64,000 nucleotides of DNA from Macrostomum lignano (GCA_002269645.1 NIVC01001126.1:1-64000); one strand, 5' to 3'. Positions 37,901 through 54,104 are shown, counted from the stretch's first letter. Numbers and translations are program-made. The notes: generated by a model from the sequence alone, not told the origin.

Positions 37901-39262
37901 GCTAATCCGCAGGCTCAAAAGAAGAGCATCTCGAAAGTGAGTCGAAACGACCGAGTATTTATTCATCAAATATTTTTTTCGAAACATAGAAGTCTTCACC
38001 CACACTGACTTTTCATCCTTAAAAAAACGGTTTAATTCCAGCAAGCCACAGGTGAAGATGTCGCAACTCTTAGGGCGGAGCTGGACTCGCTAAAAAAGAG
38101 GAATGAACGATCCGAAGCTAAATTGGTAGGAAACTTTTCTGTATTCTTTTGATCGCTACAATACACTTATCTATGATCGATTTGGGGCTCTCGACCTGCA
38201 CTACGAAATCATGGTCGATTTGAGCTCTCGACATGCACTACGAAATCTATGGTCGAGTTGGGGCTCTTGACCTGCACTACGAAATCTATAATCTATGTGG
38301 GGCGCTGACTAATACCAAATCAATGGTCAATTTGGGGCTCTCGACCTGCACTACGAAATCTATGGTCGAGTTGGGGCTCTTGACTTGCACTACGAAATCT
38401 ATGGTCGAGTTGAGGCTCTTGACTTGCACTACGAAATCTATGGTCGAGTTGAGGCTCTTGACTTGCACTACGAAATCTATGGTCGAGTTGGGGCTCTTGA
38501 CTTGCACTACGAAATCTATGGTCGAATTGGGGCTTTTGACCTGAACTATGAAATCTTTGATCTATTTGGGGCTCTTGATGAATACAAATCTATGGCCGAT
38601 CTGGGGCTTTCAACCTGTACTACGAAATCTATGGTTGATTTGGGGCTCTTGACTAATACGAAATCAGTGGTCGGTTTGGGGCTCGTGACTAATACGAAAT
38701 CAGTGGTCGGTTTGGGGCTCGTGACTAATACAAAATCAGTGGTCGGTTTGGGGCTCGTGACTAATACGAAATCAGTGGTCGGTTTGGGGCTCTTGACCCC
38801 TTGACCATCTCATTGAAGAAAATATCACTTGATTTTTTCTTTGCAGAAGCAGCTCCAAGCAATGGTGAACGATGCTAAGAAACAAGGCAACGAAACTATC
38901 GAGGTAATTGCAGTTAATCAAGTAATGTAATTATGCTGTAATTGTAATACGAGCTATTTCCATAGTTCTTTAATTTTATTTGTCAAAACTCCGTATTGAC
39001 GCTCTTGCGTGTTCTCAGGAGTCAGCAGGAACTGGACATGCAATCAATTAGTTGAAAACTCTGTTAAAACAACCAGGTGGACACCCTGGACAAGGTCCTG
39101 TCTGCGCCAGCTCCGGGCGGCGGCCAGGGCCGGATGAAGCTGCGCCAGGCTGCTCTGGCGATGTCGGCCGTCTACAGCGGCTTCGGCGCGGCGCCCGAAG
39201 TTGCTGAGAAGCGCAAGGCCGCGCTGGGAAAGAACGCGTCAAGCACCTGCAGTGTGCAGTGA
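30077..39262 (+). CDS. KIF28: Kinesin-3 family motor, KIF28-like (motor, coiled coil, FHA, C2-like region, C-terminal CaaX); exons 30077-30118, 30637-30825, 31332-31879, 32053-32186, 32268-32338, 33541-34049, 35060-35364, 35906-36060, 36717-37136, 37533-37799, 37913-37936, 38042-38125, 38847-38903, 39077-39262; about 996 aa
   Basis: [23 protein letters not shown]-loop [83 protein letters not shown]. Exons total 2991 nt in frame. Subfamily assignment is from recalled motifs. Confidence 0.9.
30119..30636 (+). other. U12-type (minor spliceosome) AT-AC intron, kinesin intron 1
   Basis: 5' end ATATCCTTTTG, branch site TCCTTAAC at 30601-30608, 3' end ...TGACAC. Removal joins VRVRPF to NDRE in frame. 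Confidence 0.92.
31063..31273. mobile_element. 211-bp hAT MITE in kinesin intron 2
   Basis: TIRs CAGGGGTTGGCAAACT / AGTTTGCCGACCCCTG; perfect 8-bp TSD ATTTAGCC (31055-31062, 31274-31281). Confidence 0.92.
31888..31965. repeat. (TTAG)n microsatellite in kinesin intron 3
   Basis: Visible tetramer run. Confidence 0.9.
32420..33525. repeat. 21-bp minisatellite AAACCAAAAACCCACACCATC in kinesin intron 5
   Basis: Reverse ORFs [14 protein letters not shown] are its translation. Confidence 0.93.
34085..34990. repeat. About 21-bp minisatellite CACCCACCCCACTCCCTTAGA in kinesin intron 6
   Basis: Tandem array between donor 34050 and acceptor 35059. Confidence 0.92.
35375..35842. mobile_element. Degenerate relative of the 31063 MITE in opposite orientation, with an expanded GA-rich interior, in kinesin intron 7
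   Basis: Left end CTGGGGTCGGCAAACTTTTT; shared internal GAAGTTTCA.AG.ACCCGAGGG.CGG; decayed right TIR TTTGCCAGCATCTG; no TSD. Confidence 0.65.
36091..36657. repeat. 16-bp minisatellite CATTCACTGAACCGAG (about 35 copies) in kinesin intron 8
   Basis: Near-perfect 16-nt periodicity. Confidence 0.95.
37160..37500. repeat. 21-24-bp GCGACACCCACCCCGCTATCCAAT repeat in kinesin intron 9
   Basis: Tandem units; intron 37137-37532. Confidence 0.88.
38170..38800. repeat. 39-bp repeat (GGGCTCTTGACTTGCACTACGAAATCTATGGTCGAGTTG) grading into a shorter variant, kinesin intron 12
   Basis: CTACGAAATC recurs at 38351 and 38390 and onward. Confidence 0.88.
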
Positions 39263-39844
39263 AGCCTGCAAATTGCAAACTGCAATTGCTTGCTTGACAA
39301 AACTATTTTTAACAATTGCAGCATGGACTACTAAATCTGAAGGAATTTTTAAACTCAAAATAACCCAAATAGGTTACTTTCACAAGATCAAATTCCACAT
39401 CGTTTCAATTTGTTTTAGAATTATGAGCTATAGTGAAACTTACTTCGAAAAAATGTGAAATTGCGAGCTTTTTAAGTTTTGAGTTTATACGAAGTTTCGA
39501 GCTTTCGAAAATTTTTCTGGATGCTGATTTTCGCTACGGAATGCACTATCGATATGAATAAGTTCTCGAGCAATAAATTGGCAATATGTTTTTGTCCAGT
39601 ATTGATACTTAGGCATTCAAATTTTGATGGTCAGACCAAAGATTCTAGAGTAGCTATAGATATGTCATTCGCAATTAAGTTGCGAAAAAGCAGTGCGTCT
39701 ACTGGTTTTTCAGTAGTTTGTCTGCGCAGCGCTACTTAAATTTAATGTGGCAGCTAAAATTTCTTTGCCTTCCTTGTAGTTTGCGGACTCAGGAGCATAT
39801 GGGTTAAGAATGAACAAGCATTTAACAAGTGAACGCAAGATGGT

Positions 39845-39985
39845 CGAAACTCAGCCTAGGGGGCAGGGCTAATCTAGCTCAGCCAATGAGAGAGCAGTAA
39901 GGAGAGAGGGCAAAGTCAGAGGGACGAAACTCAGCCTAGAGGGCAGGCTCAATCTAGCTCAGCCAATGAGAGAGCAGTAAGGACA
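39845..39985. repeat. Two-copy direct repeat (CGAAACTCAGCCTAG...CTAGCTCAGCCAATGAGAGAGCAGTAAGGA) containing CCAAT
   Basis: Copies start near 39846 and 39925. Confidence 0.75.
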
Positions 39986-40699
39986 AAGTTCAAATTTAGA
40001 CACAAGCGGGCAAGAGGAAAACCAAACTGTTTATCGATCGGCCTAGCTAAAGGGCTGGCCTTTCTCTAATGTAAAAATAGTAGATAAGCGCATTTTTCGA
40101 GTGACACATTTATAGCTATTCTAGTATCTGCGGCCGAAAAAAATACTGTGAATAAATGAACAGTAGCACATGAAAGTTTAATAAATAGATCTATCCATGA
40201 AGTTAGATTTGTGGTACTGCAGATGTGCACTCGTAGTAGCAAATATGAACTATTTTTTAAAGGCCAATAATTTTTATTTTTTCCAATTTTAACTGTTGCT
40301 AATTCCATGAAAACCGCTTTTTGATGAATAATTACCAAATTCTCTATTTTGCAAAAAGTGATCGCACAGAGAAGTGCCTTTTCATGAGCTAACGATTAAT
40401 TATACTTTTAAGAAGTCTATTTATGATGCAAACATATGTAATGCAAAATATATATATTCTTGATATTTAGAGGCCAACGGATGGGTACACTGATTGTATC
40501 GAACTCCCTGCTTAATTCATCAATTTTTTTGGATTAGAATTTGAATTATACATTGTATTGAAAAAATTGCCAAATGCTCGTCGGACAAATGAAACACATT
40601 GTTAAAGTTTTTAATCCGAATTATTGGAATCATCAAAAGGTGCTAGAGAATGTACATGTAGGAGCACGACTCTAAAAGAAGAAGCTGTCTCTGTCTAGC

Positions 40700-40975
40700 T
40701 CGTATTGGTGGGCGCCCCTGTCTCTTGGTGGGCGCCCCTGTCTCTTGGTGGGCGCCTCTGTCTCTTGATGGGTGCTCCTGTCTCTTGATGGGCGCCCCTG
40801 TCTCTTGATGGGCGCCTCTGTCTCTTGATGGGCGCCCCTGTCTCTTGATGGGTGCTCCTAGCTGTCTCTTGGTGGTGCCCCTGTCTCTTGGTAGGTCCCC
40901 TGTCTATTGGTGGGCGCCCCTGTCTTTTGGTAGGCGCCCCCCTGTCTCTTAGTGGCCGCCCCTGGCCTGTCTCTT
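40700..40975. repeat. About 20-bp TGTCTCTTGGTGGGCGCCCC minisatellite
   Basis: Visible tandem array. Confidence 0.88.
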
Positions 40976-41221
40976 GGTATAGAAAAAGTAAATAAACGCA
41001 TTGATTGGAAGTGACATTTTTATAGTTATTCTAGCATCTGTGCAGCTTCTATCCAAGCAAGGTTGTACTTAGAACAGTAAAACAGCAGTGAGTATTTACC
41101 ATAGACAGTCTCGTCGGGCAGTAAACGCGTCTCGTCCCCTACCCGGGGCTGACTTTGCACTGAATCAATGATCTCTTGACCTCGTTCCAACCATTGAGTC
41201 TGCAGTAAAGAGACCGTCTAC

Positions 41222-41560
41222 GGTTGTAGCCAAGAGGTTAGAGCATCGGATTCAGGACTGAAAGGTCGGGGTTCGATTCTTGACCCACTCAGAACAATTT
41301 GTGTCCTTGAGAAACAATTTGTGTCCGTTGCGTCAGTTCCTCCAGCTGTAAAATGGGTGCCAGCATTGGCTGGGATAACTGAGGTTGTGTGTGGCGACTC
41401 CCCAGTTCTTGGACTGAACAGCCGTACGCAGCCTTCAGATGCGCCGCGCAATAGCTGCAGCTGAGCAGTTGGTTATATTTATCCATGGTTTCAACACGCC
41501 TCAGGCTGACTGCAATATCTATGGTCCAAAGCTTCTGACTGAAAAAGCACAACAAAACAC
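41222..41560 (+). mobile_element. tRNA-derived SINE with a CORE-like domain
   Basis: A-box TAGCCAAGAGG (41227-41237) and B-box GGTTCGATTC (41270-41279), followed by TGTGTCCTTGAG...TCAGTTCCTCCAGCTGTAAAATGGG, resembling the MIR/CORE consensus TCAGTTTCCTCATCTGTAAAATGGG. 3' end approximate. Confidence 0.7.
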
Positions 41561-41634
41561 GTTCAATGAACCAAAGAAAACCAGACTATAAGAGCTAGGA
41601 TTAGATTTAAAGTGAAACAGCCGCCGCAGCAATC

Positions 41635-42132
41635 ATGGACAAGGAGCGGCAGGATTCGAAACCGACACCGCAGGATAACAAGCAGCAGCAGCAACAGCAG
41701 CAGCAGCAGAAGACGCCACCATCCAAGCAGCAGCAGCAACAACAACAACAGCAGCAGCAGCAGGAACAAAAGCAATTAGACGACAATCAGCCAAGCTTCA
41801 CCTACGAAGATCAAGATCATGAAGCGATAATTGGCGCAGTGGGCGGCGGGGCTTGCGCAGCCGAACTAGACGAGGCCGACGGCGAGGACGACTCGCAGAG
41901 AGACAGCCGTCCGTCATGCGTGAGCAGCAAGCCGTTCTCGTCTAAACGGTTGGCCAGACTCTCGCAAGCAAGGAAGCTGAGAAAGACCCGACTGAGTCTG
42001 GGCAACTTCATCGGCCCGTCGCCGGCGCTGCAGACCGGAGGAGGCCCAACAAGCTCGAACAGTTCAGAGTCGGGCGCGTCAAGTTACGGCAGCGTCCCGA
42101 GCGACTTCGACGATTTGTGCAACAACAGCTGA
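41635..42132 (+). CDS. Uncharacterised 165-aa polyQ / acidic / Ser-rich disordered protein (single exon or part of a larger gene)
   Basis: Good start context GCAATCATGG; GC-rich codons like true exons here; no recognisable domain. Confidence 0.45.
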   Translation: MDKERQDSKPTPQDNKQQQQQQQQQKTPPSKQQQQQQQQQQQQEQKQLDDNQPSFTYEDQDHEAIIGAVGGGACAAELDEADGEDDSQRDSRPSCVSSKPFSSKRLARLSQARKLRKTRLSLGNFIGPSPALQTGGGPTSSNSSESGASSYGSVPSDFDDLCNNS

Positions 42133-42419
42133 TGGATGGGCTCAATTGAATCCGAACTCTCTCTGCAAGGCTGGGCTGCCAGCTGTTCTTCTTTGTCTTC
42201 CTATGAGATAAATACCATCTTCATTTTTTGTAAGCCTTAAAACTTCAAGCAAGCAAATCTGCGTGAAATGCAACTGACAAAATCAGCTGCTCGGCTATGA
42301 GGATTTTTCCTTTCTAATAAAAGCCAAATTTCATTTTCCTGGCTTCAAAACTTCAGTTTTGCATTTTAACACAAACAGCTAAACTTAGATCGGGAAACGC
42401 TAGGGACCAGTGAGGGAGA

Positions 42420-43535
42420 CTGACAGACAGTGAGGAATAGTGACAGACAGTGGGAGAGAATGACAAACAGTGGAAGTGACAGTGGGAGAGAATAAAAGTC
42501 AGTGAGAGAGAGAGTGACAGACAGCAGGAGAGAGTGAGACAGTGGGAGGGAGTGAGACAGTAGGAGAGAGTGAGATAGTGGGAGAGAGTGAGACAGTGGG
42601 AGAGAGTGAGACAGTAGGAGAGAGTGAGACAGCGGGAGAGAGTGAGATAGTGGGAGAGAGTGAGACAGTAGGAGAGAGTGAGATAGTGGGAGAGAGTGAG
42701 ACAGTAGGAGAGAGTGAGATAGTGGGAGAGAGTGAGACAGTGGGAGGGAGTGAGACAGTAGGAGAGAGTGAGATAGTGGGAGAGAGTGAGACAGTAGGAG
42801 AGAGTGAGACAGCGGGAGAGAGTGAGATAGTGGGAGAGAGTGAGACAGTAGGAGAGAGTGAGACAGCGGGAGAGAGTGAGATAGTGGGAGAGAGTGAGAC
42901 AGTGGGAGAGAGTGAGACAGTGGGAGAGAGTGAGACAGTGGGAGAGAGTGAGACAGTGGGAGAGAGTGAGACAGTGGGAGAGAGTGAGACAGTGGGAGAG
43001 AGTGAGACAGTGGGAGAGAGTGAGACAGTGAGAGAGTGAGACAGTGGGAGAGAGTGAGACAGTGGGAGAGAGTGAGACAGTGGGAGAGAGTGAGACAGTG
43101 GGAGAGAGTGAGACAGTGAGAGAGTGAGACAGTGGGAGAGAGTGAGACAGTGGGAGAGAGTGAGACAGTGGGAGAGAGTGAGACAGTGGGAGAGAGTGAG
43201 ACAGTGGGAGAGAGTGAGACAGTGGGAGAGAGTGAGACAGTGGGAGAGAGTGAGACAGTGGGAGAGAGTGAGACAGTGAGAGAGTGAGACAGTGGGAGAG
43301 AGTGAGACAGTGGGAGGGAGTGAGACAGTGGGAGAGAGTGAGACAGTGGGAGAGAGTGAGACAGTGGGAGAGAGTGAGACAGTGAGAGAGTGAGACAGTG
43401 GGAGAGAGTGAGACAGTGAGAGAGTGAGACAGTGGGAGAGAGTGAGACAGTGGGAGAGAGTGAGACAGTGGGAGAGAGTGAGACAGTGAGAGAGTGAGAC
43501 AGTGGGAGAGAGTGAGACAGTGAGAGAGTGAGACA
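42420..43535. repeat. 18-bp minisatellite GAGACAGTGGGAGAGAGT
   Basis: ORFs VGESET and SHCLTL are its translations. Confidence 0.95.
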
Positions 43536-44699
43536 GCGGACAGGAAACTCAGCAACTCAAAAGCGAAACCGCACAAAATTTTTTGCAGCAGCAACTTTCG
43601 ATTTAAAAACCCCATCAGAGCAACAATCAGCTGCTTATAGATTTGAAAATTTGCTCGCAAAAATCAATATATTTCAGTAAGAAGCTTTTTGATTTGCATT
43701 TTAGTCAAGTGCAGCAAATGGTGTGATAATATTGTGTAGAAATCAACAATTTCAATACTGGACAGCATACAAGACTTATGCTTATTTAGTGCGAAAACAC
43801 GACAGACATGATTAATTAAGCAGGTGAAATTTAATTAAAGTTTAAACAGGTAATTTCGAACGAGAATAGGCGTGATAAAGTAATTATTGTTATTTACATA
43901 ACAAATCATAGCAATAATATAAAAATGTATTAGAAGCACAAGCAAGCATAAACTATTTTTGCGATTTTAGGTAAAAAATCAATACTATTGACAAGTAAAC
44001 TGTTCACTTCAAGTTTACTACAAGTAAACTTAAAAAAGTAAACTTAAAACTTCCTAGCAATTATTAGAAAATACGAAAGCTGGTGGTCAATTTTTTTGTG
44101 ACCGGCCTAAAGACAACATACGTTAAGAAATAGGAATATCTTGTTACTAAAAATAGATCATTCTTTTGAACCTACGATAGCCGCTAATTGGCTAGTTCCA
44201 GTAGCGTACATTTAATCGGAATCCCCTGCTGCTAAAAATAGATCATTCACCCAACACTTCGTCAGCCGCTAATTGGCTATTTCTCAGTAGCGTACATTTT
44301 AATAGAAATCACGTTGCTAAAAATAGATCATAAGTCATCAAAACCCACGCCAGCAGCTGTAGTAGCTATTAACCGAAACAGCCTTTGACAAAAATTTCCT
44401 AAAAAGCATAAATGTAAGGCAAATACGCAAATGTATACATGTGCAAGCATCAGAAACAGTTTAGCTATGTAAAACTGACAAGTATTTAAATACACGGCAC
44501 TAATGTAATCAGGCTCTTTAAAACGACTTCATTTGCGTTAATTGCTTGCTTATGAATTTTTGAAACTGACACAATGCAATAAAAAACATTCGAGCACAAA
44601 ACGAATATTATAAAAAAGATATAAATAACTACAACTGAACAGTAAAGTTAAAAAAAAGGGAGTGGCAAAGACCCACTATTACGAGTAGATTGGGTCTCA

Positions 44700-45172
44700 C
44701 TCTTTGAGCTAAAATCTCACCCCAAACCTCCAATCTCACTCTTAGACCTCATATCTTACTATTTGAACTACGATCTCACCCCATAGACCCTTAATCTTAC
44801 CCTTTGAGCTACAATTTTACTCTTGGATCCCAAATCTCACTTCCAGATCCCCAAATCACACTCTCATATCCCAAATCTCACCCCCAGATCCTAAATCTCA
44901 CTCCCACATCTCAAATCTCATTCCCAGATCTCAAATCTCACTCCCAGATTTCAAATCTCCCTCCCAGATATTTGATTACATTCCTAGACTTCTAATCTCA
45001 CTTCCAGATCTCCAATCTCACTCCTAGATCCCTAATCTCACTCCCAAATGTTCAATCTCACTCCTAGATTTCTAATCTCACTTCCAGATCTTCAATCTCA
45101 CTCCTAGATCTCTAATCTCACTCCTAGATCTCCAATTTCACTCCTAGATCTCCAATCTCACTCCCAGATCCC
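44700..45172. repeat. Degenerate about 20-bp TCTCACTCCCAGATCTCCAA repeat downstream of the tetraspanin
   Basis: Recurring AATCTCACTCC.AGAT motif. Confidence 0.82.
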
Positions 45173-45232
45173 ATATCAGACCTGTAGAACTACAATGTCA
45201 GTCCCGGAAAAAGCAACCAATCAGAGCAAGGC

Positions 45233-46941
45233 TTATTTAAAAGACTTCTTAGTAGCCAAGCGCAGCTCCCGCAGAGTGTGAATAAGCGAGCAGGCCAGCA
45301 CAATGCTCAGCAGCAGCACAATAGCCATGCCCAGAGCGCACAAGGCCACAGCCAGCAGGTTCAAATAGAGCTGCTGGGCCATGCGAACCGCGCAGCCCTG
45401 GTGAAAGATATTAGACGGATGGGACTCTCTAGAGCAGCCGGGGGCGTCGCTGCGACAGCAGGATGTGGGAGTGTACTCGGTGGTCGTGGCCCGGCTGTTG
45501 TTCCAATAGTAGGCCGACTCGCGCCAATCGCGCCACGATACGCTGCCGCAGCATTTCAGCTCGGAGTGAAGCCGATCAACGGCCCGAGTGACGTCCGGAT
45601 CGATACGATAGCGATTGAGCAGAGACTCCTTCACGGACTCTTGCAGGCGGGTCTGGGGGCGGAGTTGAGGCCGAGTTTATGAGGCACTGGGGTTCAAAAT
45701 TCACAAAACTATAATGTCACTCTTAAAAATTCACAATTTCACGCCTGATTTAACAAAGTCACTTCTTAATTCAGACTGTCACTCCCCGATTCAGAATGTC
45801 ACTCCCCAATTCAGAATGTCACTCCCCAATTCAGAATGTCACTCCCCAATTCAGAATGTCACTCCCCAATTCAGAATGTCACTCCCTAATTTAAAATGAC
45901 ACTCCTTAATTAAGAATGTCACTCCCCAATTCAGAATGTCACTCCCTAATTTAGAATGACACTCCCCAATTCAGAATGCCACTCCCCAATTCAGAATGAC
46001 ACTCCTTAATTTAGAATGTCACTCCCCAATTCAGAATGTCACGTTATTTAGAATGACACTCCCCAATTCAGAATGTCACTCCCCAATTCAGAATGTCACT
46101 TCTCAATTTAGAATGACACTCCCCAATTCAGAATGTCACTCCCCAATTCAGAATGTCACTTCTCAATTTAGAATGACACTCCTTTATTCAGAATGTCACT
46201 CCTGTATTTTGAATGACACTCCCCAATTCAGAATGTCACTCCCCAATTCAGAATGTCACTCCCAAATTTAGAATGACACTCCCCAATTCAGAATGTCACT
46301 CCCCAATTCAGAATGTCACTCCCCAATTCAAAATGTCACTTCTCAATTCAGAATGTCACTCCCCAATTCAGAATGTCACTCTCCAATTCAGAATGTCACT
46401 CCCCAATTCAGAATGTCACTCCCCAATTCAGAATGCCATTCCTTGATCCACAATGTCACTCCCCGTTTCAGAAGCTGTCAATCCGTGACTGACGTTGCCT
46501 CTCATCGGGTCAGACTATCACTCTGCAATCCCTAATTTCACCCCAAAGGCAGCTATCTGAGAATCCAACCTGCAGCGAGCCGGCAAACACAAATCCGATG
46601 GCGCACACGGCGCACTCTACTATGAGTAGAGCAACCAGAAAGCCGGTATAGACGCTCAGCAGGCGGATCCTATTGAGAAATATGCCAACAAACCCGAGCA
46701 CAGCGAAAGCGAAGATCAAGCCGCCGCAAGCGGTGAGCAGGAAATGGCTGAGAAAGAACATCTCCCCAGTCAGCACGGAGATGTAGTTGCGTCGGGACAA
46801 CAGCAGCCAGACGCCAAGTATGCAGACGGCCAGACCGCAGAGTGCTACTAATAGATTAAAGAAGATTAGCACGGCTTTGATGCACTCTTTGGAGCAGCAA
46901 TAGCGCTGCTTCTCATTGCGGATGCCCTGGTATTTGGCCAT
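45233..46941 (-). CDS. Tetraspanin (CD151/TSPAN11-like); exons 46941-46570 and 45652-45233; about 263 aa
   Basis: Three N-terminal TM helices; EC2 with CCG, PTSCC and GC motifs; fourth TM helix; phase-0 GT-AG intron. Confidence 0.9.
45775..46440. repeat. 20-bp minisatellite CACTCCCCAATTCAGAATGT in the tetraspanin intron
   Basis: Visible 20-nt periodicity. Confidence 0.92.
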
Positions 46942-47169
46942 GATGCTTCACTGAAATTTGCGGTTCAAAATCTGCTTGTTAATGTCTTTTGATTATAGTT
47001 ACAGGTGGTAAGCTAGTCGAAGAGTTGGTTAGCTTTAAATATCGTGACAATATAAACCGAAAACTGGAGTGCCATATTGGGCGAGACTTGTAGGACATTG
47101 AAGTGACAGTTGAAAGGATAGAGTGATGATTAAAATTATAGAGTGACAACTAAAGCGATGAAGTGAAAA

Positions 47170-47635
47170 ATAGAGTGATAGAGTGACAATTAGAGTGATA
47201 GAGTGACAATTAGAGTGATAGAGTGACAATTAGAGTGATGGAGTGACAGTTAAGAATGACGGAGTGACAATTAGAGAGAGGAGTGCAATTAGAGTGACAG
47301 AGTGACAATTAGAGTGACGGATTAACAATTAGAGTGATAGAGAAACAACTAGACTGATAGTGAAAATTAGAGTGATAGAGTGACAATTAGAGTGACAGAG
47401 TGACAATTAGAGTGATAGCGTGACAATTAGAGTGACAGAGTAACAATTAGAGTGATAGAGAAACAACTAGACTGATAGTGACAATTAGAGTGATAGAGTG
47501 ACAATTAGAGTGACAGAGTGACAATTAGAGTGATAGCGTGACAATTAGAGTGACAGAGTAACAATTAGAGTGATAGAGAAACAACTAGACTGATAGTGAC
47601 AATTAGAGTGATAGAGTGACAATTAGAGTGATACA
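47170..47635. repeat. 20-bp AGAGTGACAATTAGAGTGAT repeat with an internal higher-order triplication
   Basis: Variant AGAAACAACTAGACTGATAG recurs near 47341, 47459 and 47577. Confidence 0.88.
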
Positions 47636-48609
47636 GTGATAAGTAGATTGGCGCAGGAGTGACGTTTTGAGAATTGGAAATGAAATTTGAATAGAACTCT
47701 ATTGACGAATCGATAATCAGAGTGAGTACAGAGTACAGATAAGTAAAACGGCTCAAAAACACATTGAAATCTTAATAGACCCTAAACGTCCTAGAAAAAA
47801 GAAAAATAACTAATGGACTTTGAGAGATTTAGCTTTGATTGGTGTATTTATATCGCATCACAATTTTACTCTTCCAAATATTAATAAAAATTAGGAAAAG
47901 TGACAGAGCGAACACAAGTGTACGTTTACCAATCAAAAAGTGGATTAATCATAAATTATGTGATAAAACATTTTAATTCTCTGTGCAAAATAACTATACT
48001 ACACTAAATGTGGAAGTTAGTGCAGGGTCTACAACAATTGACAGCCAAATATAAAATTTTACATATTTTACCTACCTTAACATAAATTAAACCCGAAACC
48101 TTAATCCATAAACTAAACCCTAAACCTAAATTTAACCCAAACCCTAACCTTAACATTAACCTAACATTAATCTAAACCTAACCTAAACTTTACCTAAATG
48201 AACCTAAACTTAACCCTGACCTAAACCTAGTCCTAACGATAACCTAAATCGTTGGCAGTGAATTGTCCGGCTTCTGTACCAATTGGTGCACAGCTGAGAA
48301 TAGCAGTTCAAGTAAAAGGAAAGATTAAAAACCGTCAGATATTACAGGCAGAGCAAAAGCACAGGTTTGAGAAAAAATCTTAATACGAAGAAAGTAAGTT
48401 ATTCATCGGTTTGAAAGTTTTTGACAGTAAGCACGCATTATCCTACTAAGAAAGGGAGGCTACAAGTAGTATAAAGGAAATTTTGTTCAAATCTACAGTG
48501 CAACCAAATTTCAGAAAAAAATGAAAAAAATTTGGTTGATTGCAGAAAAAGTCTACTCCTTTGTTATTGATAATAGATGGATCTTGATTCCTTTAAAATT
48601 TGAAAGGGT

Positions 48610-49300
48610 CTGGGAGGCTGGCCGAAAAACTGGGGATCTTGGGAGGCTGGCCCAGCAACTGAGGATCTGGAGGCTGATCCAGCAACTGACACTCTGGGAG
48701 GCTGGTCCAGCAACTGAGGAGTGAGGATCTGGGAGGCTGGCCCAGCAACTGAGGAGTGAGGATCTGGGAGGCTGGCCCAGCAACTGAGGATCTGAGAGGC
48801 TGGCCCAGCAACTGAGGATCTGAGAGGCTGGCCCAGCAACTGACACTCTGGGAGGCTGGCCCAGCAACTGAGGATCTGGGAGGCTAGCCTAGCAACTGGG
48901 GATCTGGGAGGCTGGCCCAGCAACTGGGGATCTGAGAGGCTGGCACAGCAACTGAGGATCTGGGAGGCTGGCCCAGCAACTGATGAGGATCTGGGAGGCT
49001 GGCCCAGCAACTAGGGATCTGGGAGGCTGGCCCAGCAACTGAAGATCTGGGAGGCTGGCCCAGCAACTGAGGATCTGGGAGGCTGGCACAGCAACTGAGG
49101 ATCTGGGAGGCTGGCCCAGCAACTGAGGATCTGGGAGGCTGGCACAGCAACTGAGGATCTGAGAGGCTGGCCCAGCAACTGAGGATTTAAGAGGCTGGCA
49201 CAGCAACTGAGGATCTGAGAGGCTGGCCCAGCAACTGAGGATTTAAGAGGCTGGCACAGCAACTGATGAGGATCTGGGAGGCTGGCGCAGCAACTGGGGA
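48610..49300. repeat. 28-bp minisatellite GGGAGGCTGGCCCAGCAACTGAGGATCT
   Basis: Unit restarts at 49021 and 49049 and continues; source of several reverse ORFs. Confidence 0.93.
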
Positions 49301-49795
49301 TCCGAAAATATCCTATTTAAGCTTTCCCTAAAAACTCAATTCACATCGCTATTGAATAAAGTTTGACTAATTAAAAGCCAATTACCTCAACAATTGGTTT
49401 GGAAGAAAACAGAATAATAAAAGAAAAAAAGAGTGCTGCCCAAAATTTTTCACGAGTCGCTTACAGCAGAATAAATTATGCTTGGTGTGCTGTTCGTGCT
49501 TATGTACTACTATTTACTACTGTAGGCAGTGAGTAGTACATTGTGCGCGTAATGAAACACACGCATTTGGGGATAGACAGCATACCTGGTGATTATTGTG
49601 CCAAATAGGAAGAACTGAAAGATAAAAAACAGACACGCTGGTCCCGCTCACAGAGCAAAGCAAAGATTCAAGATTAAATAAATAAAAAAACGGCACAAAC
49701 AAGCATTCAGTTTATAGTTGAAATGCACTACTAACAGTATTAGAAAGCTTTAAAGACTGTCCCTTATAGCAAAAAAGCGAGTAGCGCCGAAAACC

Positions 49796-53757
<3,962 letters not shown>

Positions 53758-54104
53758 TGCAGCGTTGATTGGGAAGTTTTTAGACAGCAGTTTACTGCTG
53801 CAGGCATGAATATAGGTGCACTGATTAGTACGAAATATACTTAGTTTTTACAGTAGACATCGTTTTTAACAGACAGATAAAAAATCTTCAAAGTTTGTAT
53901 CGATTTTGTAACCGTTTCCCAGTAACTTAATGGTGGCATAGGCAGAGACGCACTGCGCATTTACGAGTCGGACACGGACTTCAATCTTTTTTCTTAAATC
54001 CCCAGATGGATTGCCTGACTCATTCAGGCAAACTAGGTAAGGCGGGTTGCAAGAATGATACGGCCGATATATAAGGAGATCTAAAATCTAGAATCAGGAG
54101 AGGA

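Noticed and set aside
48080-48250. Interstitial telomere
   Set aside because: Only scattered, degenerate AACCCTAA/AACCTAA units, with no true (TTAGGG)n run.
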